Source: Sulfurimonas sp. (GTDB taxonomy: Bacteria; Campylobacterota; Campylobacteria; Campylobacterales; Sulfurimonadaceae). Taken from it: DNA of 64,000 nucleotides. The stretch covers positions 6,116 to 70,115 of the forward strand of contig JAVEST010000001.1 of NCBI GenBank assembly GCA_034006465.1, given 5' to 3'. The position numbers were made by a program, and so were the translations under genes. Below are positions 56,530 through 64,000 of the stretch, in pieces. Below the pieces are notes generated by a model that saw nothing but the letters and a program-made list of their open reading frames with translations, searched no databases and was not told where the DNA came from. The stretch's first letter is position 1; every line of letters starts with the position of its first letter.

Positions 56530-57755
56530 ACAGAGATTCCATAGCTTTTTCAATAAGCATAACTTTTTTTATAGCCCTGTTTTTAGTTTTACTTAGTTTT
56601 ACTTTTTTATATAAAGTTAGCGAACAAAGAGAAGAAAACTCTTGGCAAAAAAGAAATATGCAAGCCGCAAAGATGATATTTAGAGAGTTTCGTCATGATG
56701 GAGATATAGCAAGCATCCAAGAAGATTTGGAGCTTTTAGGCTACTCCATTATAAGAGATGATTTGCAACAAAAGATACTCCAAGATGCAGAGCTTATATC
56801 TCAAAAGAGAGATAAAAAACACAAGCATCAGATGCAAGAGTTAAGGCTTGATGCTAAGAACTTTATATATATAAAAACACCAAGAGCAGATGTGCTGATG
56901 CAAAATAACAATGAGATGCAGAGTTATACTCATCTTATCTTTGCTCTTTTTGTTTTTATCTTTTTTATCTTTTTGTTCCTTTATATAACAACTCTACAAA
57001 AATTAAAACCATTAAAGAGCCTAAAACAACAGGTCGAAGGTTTTGGGGATGAGGAGTTTGATATCTCTTGTGCGAGTGAGAAAAAAGATGAGATTTCACT
57101 TCTTGCAAATGAGTTTGATAAGTCTGCAAAAAAACTTAAAAAACTAAGAGACTCTAGAGATGTCTTTATCAGAAATATCATGCATGAGCTAAAGACTCCC
57201 ATCACAAAAGGAAAGTTTTTAACTGAGCTTGAATCTACAAAAGAGAACAACATCAAGATGCAAAAGGTTTTTTATAGACTAGAGTCACTTATAAATGAGT
57301 TTGCATCTATAGAAGAGTTGATTTCAACTAAAAAAAGACTTCAGTTGCGAAAGTATAACTTAGAAGATATCATAGACAATGCTGTAGATATTTTGATGTG
57401 TGATGAAAAAAACATAGTAAGAGAGTTTGGAGACATTCATATAAAAGTTGATTTTAAACTCTTTAGCATAGCTATAAAAAACCTTATAGACAATGCTATA
57501 AAATACTCGCCAGATAAAAAAGTAAGTATAAAAGCACAAGACTCAAAAATCATCTTTTTAAACAGAGGTAAAGCTCTAAAGTATGATCTTATGAGATATT
57601 ATGAGCCATTTTTCCCCCCTGATAAAACAGACCTAAATCAAGGTTTTGGACTAGGGCTCTATATAGTTGAAAATATCATTAGTGCAAATGGATATGAGTT
57701 AAAATATGAGTACAAAGATGAGCTAAATATTTTTACTTTAGAGCCTAAGAGTTAG
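56526..57755 (+). CDS. Sensor histidine kinase (ArsS/CpxA-like) with HAMP
   Basis: Two TM helices, DEISLLANEF (HAMP), IMHELKTPITKG, NLIDNAIKY, GFGLGLYIV. Confidence 0.93.
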   Translation: MNRDSIAFSISITFFIALFLVLLSFTFLYKVSEQREENSWQKRNMQAAKMIFREFRHDGDIASIQEDLELLGYSIIRDDLQQKILQDAELISQKRDKKHKHQMQELRLDAKNFIYIKTPRADVLMQNNNEMQSYTHLIFALFVFIFFIFLFLYITTLQKLKPLKSLKQQVEGFGDEEFDISCASEKKDEISLLANEFDKSAKKLKKLRDSRDVFIRNIMHELKTPITKGKFLTELESTKENNIKMQKVFYRLESLINEFASIEELISTKKRLQLRKYNLEDIIDNAVDILMCDEKNIVREFGDIHIKVDFKLFSIAIKNLIDNAIKYSPDKKVSIKAQDSKIIFLNRGKALKYDLMRYYEPFFPPDKTDLNQGFGLGLYIVENIISANGYELKYEYKDELNIFTLEPKS

Positions 57756-58624
57756 AGTAAAAACCTATCTTTAAAAGTGCATTTTTTGCACAACTCTTCT
57801 ACTGCAAAACCAGCTTTAAAGCCTTCTACTATATCTTTTGCTCTTTGTGAAGTAAGTATATCTTTTAAGCTCTTGTTATGAAGGTTTCCAAGATTTATCA
57901 CGCCATCTCCATCTAGGCAGCAGGGCACTACACTTCCATCAGCTAAAATCCCAAAATGTGAAGATAAACCATAGCAAGATGCGTGGCTATTATGCTCACT
58001 CTTTAGCGATGGCCACTCAAAATAGTTATCAAAGTTTAGTAGTATTTTTGGAGCTAAACGGAGAGATTTTACCGCTTCTGTGTCCGTCATAGTATCGATT
58101 GATATATCAAAAAAAGAGTTTAATCTCTCAAATATAAGTTGATTATATACTTCTTCAGTAGAGTCCACATCAAGGTTCCAAAGGCGAAGATTTATAAAAG
58201 GTTTTGGATAACTTGCTATCTTTTTAGAACAGATATCCAAAACACGACTTATATACTCATCGAAGCTAAGGTTTAGGCTGTTTTTATTAAAACTATTTAG
58301 TGAGATATTTAGCTGACGGACAGAGCCATGAAAAAGTGTAGAGGCATCATGATTTACTAAGAAGTAGCCACTTGTTGTAAGTTCCACTTCAAAGTTATGC
58401 TTCTTTGCTATATCTAAGTAAGAGATGAGATTTGAGAGAAGCAGAGGATCGCCCATCACATGAAAGGCAAGAGTTTTTGTGTAGTTTTTGAGTTGTACGA
58501 TGACTTTTTCAAAAAAATCTAAAGTCATGGACTTTGATGGATTTAACTTTGGAGGGCAAAAGCTACAAGCAAGGCCACAGATATTTGTCACTTCAATATG
58601 AACGCGATGAAACTTCATAAACAC
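57752..58624 (-). CDS. Radical SAM/SPASM(twitch)-domain protein
   Basis: NICGLACSFC (CxxxCxxC), HVMGDPL, C-terminal CYGL..VPCCLD..LCKKC. Confidence 0.9.
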   Translation of the reverse strand: MFMKFHRVHIEVTNICGLACSFCPPKLNPSKSMTLDFFEKVIVQLKNYTKTLAFHVMGDPLLLSNLISYLDIAKKHNFEVELTTSGYFLVNHDASTLFHGSVRQLNISLNSFNKNSLNLSFDEYISRVLDICSKKIASYPKPFINLRLWNLDVDSTEEVYNQLIFERLNSFFDISIDTMTDTEAVKSLRLAPKILLNFDNYFEWPSLKSEHNSHASCYGLSSHFGILADGSVVPCCLDGDGVINLGNLHNKSLKDILTSQRAKDIVEGFKAGFAVEELCKKCTFKDRFLL

Positions 58625-58712
58625 TCCTCAAATCAGTTCGCAACTCTATCATAAAATAGAGTGATTTTTTTTATATTCAAATCTTTTAGCAAGCCTAAAA
58701 TCTACAAATCTT

Positions 58713-58721
58713 TGCTATAAT
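58713..58721 (+). promoter_or_regulatory. Extended -10 of the greA-argC-lpxH-che transcript
   Basis: TGCTATAAT 32 nt before the greA ATG. Confidence 0.65.
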
Positions 58722-58753
58722 CATCCAAATAATAATAAAAAAAAGAAGAAATA

Positions 58754-59251
58754 ATGCAAAAAATTGAACCTATGACACTCTTTGGCTATGAGAAACTTCA
58801 AGCAGAGGTTAGAGACTTAAAAGAAGTAAAGCGACCTGCCGTAGTTAAGGCTATTGAAGAAGCACTAGAACATGGAGATTTAAAAGAAAACTCTGAGTAT
58901 CATGCTGCAAAAGAGGCTCAAAAAAACATAGACAACCGCCTAGGAGAACTCTCAAATCTACTAGCAAACTCTCGCATCGTAGATCCTGTTGAGCTTGATC
59001 ACTCAAGAGTTAGTTTTGGTTCAACCGTAGTTATGACTGATATGGAGAGTGATGAAGAGGTGACCTACACTATAGTTGGAGGTTGTGAGAGTAATCCTGA
59101 CATGGGACTTATCTCTTTTGGCTCGCCTCTTGCAAAACAACTCTTGGGAAAAAAAGAGGGCGATGAGGTAAAAGTGAAACTACCAAATGGCACAAAAGAG
59201 TATGAGATAGAAGAGGTTAGATATCAGGAGATTGTCTTTGAGTGCCATTAG
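58754..59251 (+). CDS. greA: Transcription elongation factor GreA
   Basis: HGDLKENSEYHAAKE, VSFGSTV, ISFGSPLAKQLLGK. Confidence 0.96.
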   Translation: MQKIEPMTLFGYEKLQAEVRDLKEVKRPAVVKAIEEALEHGDLKENSEYHAAKEAQKNIDNRLGELSNLLANSRIVDPVELDHSRVSFGSTVVMTDMESDEEVTYTIVGGCESNPDMGLISFGSPLAKQLLGKKEGDEVKVKLPNGTKEYEIEEVRYQEIVFECH

Positions 59252-60260
59252 AGTTGGCGTAATTGGCGCTAGTGGATACACTGGGCTTGAGCTTATAAAG
59301 ATTTTAGTTCAGCATCCACGTTTTAAACTTTCGTACCTTGCAAATACTGAGGGCAATATCTCTCTTGATGAGCTACATCCATCGTTTAAAAATGTTTGTG
59401 AGATGCAAGTTCAAAAAGTTGATATTGATGATGTTGCATCTTCGTGTGAACTTGTCTTTTTAGCACTTCCACACAAGACTGCTATGGAGTTTGTAAAGCC
59501 TCTTATAGCAAAGGGATTAAAAGTAGTTGACCTCTCGGCCGACTATAGACTCTCTTTAGAAGCTTATGAAGAGTTTTATACCTCTCATACCGATAAAGAA
59601 AATTTAAATAGAGCTGTTTATGGGCTTCCTGAGATGTTTAGAGAAAAAATCAAGGATGCAACTCTAGTTGCAAATCCTGGATGCTTTCCAACTTGCGCAC
59701 TTCTTGGACTTCTACCTTTTATGTCAAAGAGAGTAGCAGATACGCCTATCATAATAGATGCAAAAACGGGAGTTAGCGGAGCTGGCAAAAAGTTAAGTGA
59801 TGCAACTCACTTTGTAAATGTAAATGATAATCTATTTGCTTATAACCCTCTTATGCATAGACACGCTCCAGAGATAGCTCAAAAACTAGGAGTTAGTTTT
59901 GATGAAGTGAATTTTGTTCCGCATCTTGTGCCTGTTACTCGTGGTATGATATCTTCTATCTATATCCAAGTTCAAAAAGATATTGATGCTTTTAGCATCT
60001 TAGAAGAGTTTTATAAAGATGAGCCTTTTGTTCGTGTTTGCCAAAATCCTGTTGATATGAAAAATGTTGCTGGAACTAATTTTTGTGATATTTATGTAAA
60101 ACAAAACAAGGCTTCTTCAGAAAAAGGCAATATTCTTTTTATATCAAGTGCGATTGACAACCTCTTAAGGGGTGCTTCATCTCAAGCTGTTGTAAATGCA
60201 AATATTATGATGGGATTGTGCCAAAAAACTGGGATACCAACTATCGCTTATGTACCATAA
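59238..60260 (+). CDS. argC: N-acetyl-gamma-glutamyl-phosphate reductase
   Basis: IGASGYTG.EL, DLSADYRL, ANPGCFPT, SGAG, IDNLLRGASSQAV; TTG 59238 lies 7 nt after AGGAG. Confidence 0.96.
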   Translation: MSAIRVGVIGASGYTGLELIKILVQHPRFKLSYLANTEGNISLDELHPSFKNVCEMQVQKVDIDDVASSCELVFLALPHKTAMEFVKPLIAKGLKVVDLSADYRLSLEAYEEFYTSHTDKENLNRAVYGLPEMFREKIKDATLVANPGCFPTCALLGLLPFMSKRVADTPIIIDAKTGVSGAGKKLSDATHFVNVNDNLFAYNPLMHRHAPEIAQKLGVSFDEVNFVPHLVPVTRGMISSIYIQVQKDIDAFSILEEFYKDEPFVRVCQNPVDMKNVAGTNFCDIYVKQNKASSEKGNILFISSAIDNLLRGASSQAVVNANIMMGLCQKTGIPTIAYVP

Positions 60261-60987
60261 TTTAGAGTTAAAAGAGGGTGCATTTGTGGTCTCAGATGCA
60301 CACTACTCGCACAATAGAGTAGAGTTTTTAGACTTTTTAAAAGCCATAAAGACAAAAAAATTACATCCCACACAACTTATATTTTTAGGTGATATATTTG
60401 ACACCCTATTTGGGCAAGTAAGCTTTACTTTAGAGATAAATAAAGAGGCTATAGGCATCTTAAACGAGATCTCAAAAGAGATAGAAACTCTCTATCTTGA
60501 GGGGAATCATGACTATAATCTTAAGAAAATATTTCCATACATAAAAGTTTTTAGTATCAAAGTTCAACCTGTAGAGATGAGTTTTTTTAAACAAAAAGTT
60601 CTGTTTAGTCATGGAGATATAGAGAGTCCGCTCGGCTATAACATATACACTGCCATCATTAGAAATCCTTTTGTACTTAACATCTTAAATCTCTTTAACA
60701 ATATTTTTGATCACATCATTATCAAAAAACTCGATGAGTATTTAAGCAAAAAAGATGACTGTAAAGAGTTTGTGGGTTTTGAAAAATTCGTACAAAAGAG
60801 GCTTTTGGGTAAATATAGTTGTGACATCTTTATAGAGGGACATTTCCATCAAAACAGGAGTTTTAAATTAAAAGATTTTAGGTATATAAACCTAGCAGCT
60901 TTTGCTTGCAATCAAAGATACTTTATAGTAGAATCATCTAAAGATGTTGGACTTTTGCTGCAAGAGAGTAGTTTTACAAAGGTTTAA
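60250..60987 (+). CDS. lpxH: UDP-2,3-diacylglucosamine diphosphatase (LpxH-like metallophosphoesterase)
   Basis: SDAH, LGDIFD, EGNHD, HGD, GHFH calcineurin-like motifs. Confidence 0.78.
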   Translation: MYHNLELKEGAFVVSDAHYSHNRVEFLDFLKAIKTKKLHPTQLIFLGDIFDTLFGQVSFTLEINKEAIGILNEISKEIETLYLEGNHDYNLKKIFPYIKVFSIKVQPVEMSFFKQKVLFSHGDIESPLGYNIYTAIIRNPFVLNILNLFNNIFDHIIIKKLDEYLSKKDDCKEFVGFEKFVQKRLLGKYSCDIFIEGHFHQNRSFKLKDFRYINLAAFACNQRYFIVESSKDVGLLLQESSFTKV

Positions 60988-61008
60988 CAATATCAGGAGA
61001 TATAAAAT

Positions 61009-61950
61009 ATGCATATGGATAATTCGCTAAAAGTCGGTTCCAATGAGATGGAGCTTGTTGACTTTCGTATTTTAAAAGAAGAAAATGGCGAAGTATATGA
61101 GGGGATTTATGGCATCAATGTTTCAAAGGTTCGTGAAATAATTAAGATGCCAGCACTAACAGAACTTCCAGGGACACCTAACTATATAGAGGGTATTTTT
61201 GACTTAAGAAGTATAGTTATTCCTGTTGTAAACTTAGCTAAATGGATGGGAATAAGTGAACCTGAAAGTGCTCAAAAAAACTTAAGAGTTATCATAACAG
61301 AGTTTAACAATGTACTTATCGGTTTCGTAGTTCACGAAGCAAAAAGAATCAGAAGAATAAACTGGGCAGACATAGAGCCAGCTTCATTTGCAAGTGGTGG
61401 AGGCTCACTAGATGGTAGTAAAATTACAGGGGTAACTAAGATAGAGGGAGATAATGTACTTCTTATCTTAGACTTAGAGAGTGTAGTTCAAGACCTAGGG
61501 CTATATCAACCAAATATTGAACATGCTTCAGATGATATAGAGAGTTTTAGCGGGACTGCTCTTATCCTAGATGATAGTTCAACTGCTAGAAAAATAGTAA
61601 AAGATGCACTCCAAAAGATGGGATTTCATGTACTAGAAGCTGGTGATGGACAAGAGGGATTGGAAAAGTTAGATGAACTTTATAACATGTATGAAGAGGA
61701 TCTTTCAAAACAACTAAAAATTATCATTTCAGACGTAGAGATGCCAAGGATGGATGGTTTTCACTTTGCGGCAAATGTTAGAGAAGATGGTAGGTTTGAT
61801 AAAATTCCTATAGTTTTTAACTCTTCTATAAGTGATCATTTTAGCGAGAGTAGAGGCAAAGAGGCTGGAGCTGAGGCTTATCTTGTTAAGTTTGAAGCAA
61901 CAGCATTTTATGATGAAATAGCACGAATAGTTCGTGCTCATATGAAATAG
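61009..61950 (+). CDS. cheV: Chemotaxis protein CheV (CheW + receiver)
   Basis: YGINVSKVREI CheW domain; ILDDS and ISDVEMPRMDG receiver domain. Confidence 0.95.
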   Translation: MHMDNSLKVGSNEMELVDFRILKEENGEVYEGIYGINVSKVREIIKMPALTELPGTPNYIEGIFDLRSIVIPVVNLAKWMGISEPESAQKNLRVIITEFNNVLIGFVVHEAKRIRRINWADIEPASFASGGGSLDGSKITGVTKIEGDNVLLILDLESVVQDLGLYQPNIEHASDDIESFSGTALILDDSSTARKIVKDALQKMGFHVLEAGDGQEGLEKLDELYNMYEEDLSKQLKIIISDVEMPRMDGFHFAANVREDGRFDKIPIVFNSSISDHFSESRGKEAGAEAYLVKFEATAFYDEIARIVRAHMK

Positions 61951-61960
61951 GAGTGTAAAT

Positions 61961-64000
61961 ATGGATGAATTTCAAGAGATATTACAAGATTTTTTAGTTG
62001 AAGCTTTTGAGCTTGTTGAAAAACTAGATGAAGATTTAGTTGAGTTAGAAGCAACGCCAGAAGATTTAGAGCTTTTAAACGGAATTTTTCGTGTAGCACA
62101 CACTATAAAAGGAGCATCATCGTTTTTAAACTTTGATGTTCTAACGCATCTAACTCACCATATGGAAGATGTACTAAACAAGGCTAGACACGGCGAACTA
62201 ATCATTACTCCAGATGTAATGGATGTTGTCTTAGAGTCTATTGACCTTATGAAAACACTCTTAAATATTATTCGTGATACAAGTTCTGATGCAGGAGTTG
62301 ATGTCTCTGAGTGTGTAGCAAGGCTAGATAGAATTAGTGGTGGAGATGGAGATGTCCCTGCTCCAGTAGTAGCAGCTCCTGCTGTGGAAGTTGTAGTAGA
62401 TGAGCCAGTAGCAGAAGAAGCTGAACCAGATTACGACAATATGTCTGATGATGATGTTGAGGCTGAGATTCAGAGACTACTAGAACAAAGACAAACAGAA
62501 GACAAGGCTAAAAGAGCGGCTAAAGTAGCAGCGGGTGAAGAGGTTTTAGCTCCTCCTCCAGAGCCAGATGAAGAGACTTCGGCACAAAATGCAAAAGAGT
62601 CGGAGCCAGAAAAAAAACCTGAACCAAAAGCAGCGCCGATTAAAGCTCCAGTCCCAAGAGCCTCAACAAATGCAAGATCTATAAGTGATGATGAAGATTT
62701 AAGCAGTGATGCAAAAGCAGCAGCTCCAGCTAAGCGTTCTAACGCTTCAGTAGATCAAACTATTAGGGTTGATGTTAAGAGACTTGACCATCTTATGAAC
62801 CTAATAGGTGAGTTGGTTCTTGCTAAAAACAGACTTATTAAGATTAACGATGATGTTGAAGAGAGATATGAGGGTGAAGAGTTCCTAGAAGAACTAAACC
62901 AAGTTGTCTCTATAGTCTCACTTGTTACGACAGACTTGCAAATAGCAGTTATGAAGACAAGAATGTTACCAATAGGTAAAGTCTTTAACAAGTTTCCTAG
63001 AATGATTAGAGACTTAAGTAGAGAGCTAAACAAAAAAATAGAGCTAATAATAAAAGGTGAAGAAACAGAACTTGATAAATCTATAGTTGAAGAGATAGGC
63101 GATCCACTAGTTCACATTATTAGAAACTCTTGTGATCACGGTATAGAGACTCCTGAAGTAAGGCTTGCAAATGGCAAGACTGAAACAGGTACTATCTCCC
63201 TAACAGCTTACAATGAGGGTAACCAGATTGTTATCCAAATAGATGATGATGGTAAAGGGCTTGATGCAGATATACTAAAAAACAAAGCGCTTGAAAAAGG
63301 TATTATCAGCGAAAAAGAAGCTGATAATATGGGCGAAAAGGAAGCGTTTTTGCTTATTATGAAGCCAGGTTTTTCTACTGCAGCTTCTGTTACAAATGTC
63401 TCTGGTCGTGGCGTTGGTATGGATGTTGTAAAGACGAACATAGAAAAAGTAAATGGCATCATAGATATAGATAGTGAAACAGGAGTTGGAAGTAGCGTTA
63501 AGTTAAAGATTCCTCTAACTTTAGCTATTATCCAAGCTCTTTTAGTTGGTGTTCAAGAAGAAGCTTATGCAATTCCTCTCTCATCAGTTTTAGAAACAGT
63601 TAGAATCTCAAAAGATGAGATTTATACAGTTGAGAGCCGTTCGGTTATGAGACTTCGTGATGATGTTTTATCTCTAGTTCATATCGGAGATATTTTTGAA
63701 GTTGAGAGAATCTTAGACTCAAGTGAGCATGCTTATGTGGTTGTTCTAGGTCTTGGTGCCCAAAAACTAGGTCTTATAGTTGACTCACTTGTTGGTCAAG
63801 AAGAGATAGTTATTAAGTCTTTAGGTGAGTACTTAAAAGGCATAAAAGGAATCGCAGGGGCTACGATTCGTGGTGATGGCGGAGTTACACTTATCGTTGA
63901 TGTTGTAGCACTTATGGAGATAGCAAAAAATGTAAAAGCTACTTCTATGATATCTGATCAAAAATCAGAATCAGCACAATCTCGTGAGAAAACTAAGGCT
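61961..64000 (+). CDS. cheA: Chemotaxis histidine kinase CheA (3'-partial; missing from the ORF track because it runs off the window)
   Basis: MDEFQEILQDFLVEAFE..FRVAHTIKG (Hpt His), QTIRVDVKRLD.LMNL, HIIRNSCDHG, DDGKG, SGRGVGMDVV, CheW-like domain. Confidence 0.96.
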   Translation, partial: MDEFQEILQDFLVEAFELVEKLDEDLVELEATPEDLELLNGIFRVAHTIKGASSFLNFDVLTHLTHHMEDVLNKARHGELIITPDVMDVVLESIDLMKTLLNIIRDTSSDAGVDVSECVARLDRISGGDGDVPAPVVAAPAVEVVVDEPVAEEAEPDYDNMSDDDVEAEIQRLLEQRQTEDKAKRAAKVAAGEEVLAPPPEPDEETSAQNAKESEPEKKPEPKAAPIKAPVPRASTNARSISDDEDLSSDAKAAAPAKRSNASVDQTIRVDVKRLDHLMNLIGELVLAKNRLIKINDDVEERYEGEEFLEELNQVVSIVSLVTTDLQIAVMKTRMLPIGKVFNKFPRMIRDLSRELNKKIELIIKGEETELDKSIVEEIGDPLVHIIRNSCDHGIETPEVRLANGKTETGTISLTAYNEGNQIVIQIDDDGKGLDADILKNKALEKGIISEKEADNMGEKEAFLLIMKPGFSTAASVTNVSGRGVGMDVVKTNIEKVNGIIDIDSETGVGSSVKLKIPLTLAIIQALLVGVQEEAYAIPLSSVLETVRISKDEIYTVESRSVMRLRDDVLSLVHIGDIFEVERILDSSEHAYVVVLGLGAQKLGLIVDSLVGQEEIVIKSLGEYLKGIKGIAGATIRGDGGVTLIVDVVALMEIAKNVKATSMISDQKSESAQSREKTKA

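Noticed and set aside
175-63462. Numerous short ORFs in the six-frame track overlapping long genes (e.g. 910-1119, 6929-7210, 12402-12743, 32440-32814, 51907-52260, 62755-63033, 63208-63462)
   Set aside because: Antisense or out-of-frame shadows of well-supported genes, with no motifs or RBS. The last two are antisense to cheA.

Overview
AT-rich bacterial chromosome segment, about one-third GC by eye. It is almost certainly Campylobacterota and probably Sulfurimonas-like, inferred from the Helicobacter-type yajC-secDF-DUF6394-leuS-lptE-folC-M23-bactofilin-mfd order, cheV-cheA and TGnTATAAT promoters. Most of the window is housekeeping (tilS, rimO, thiD, secDF, leuS, folC, mfd, dnaX, murI, rho, greA, argC, lpxH-like, cheV, cheA). 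Accessory blocks: (i) a tyrosine recombinase followed by pilMNO-like genes; (ii) a photolyase/DUF523-DUF1722/SRPBCC/AarF/CbiX/desaturase-like cluster ending in a LytS-LytTR pair that is split by a 2.5-kb AraC + biotin carboxylase cassette flanked by 71-bp imperfect direct repeats; (iii) a hoxEFUYH-hoxW group 3d-type [NiFe] hydrogenase operon; (iv) an RND-TolC-SMR efflux operon and a Spy/CpxP-OmpR-kinase locus whose promoter has four 11-bp-phased repeats. The most striking observation is in HoxF: it lacks the N-terminal [2Fe-2S] domain and has Gly at the Glu that selects NAD over NADP (GEGT for GEET), suggesting a natural NADP(H)-linked hydrogenase. Several intergenic hairpin repeats are present, including an exact 75-bp tandem duplication in the leader of the DUF6394-leuS operon. 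No rRNA, tRNA, CRISPR array or transposase was recognised. All product calls come from motif recognition by eye, not database searches.
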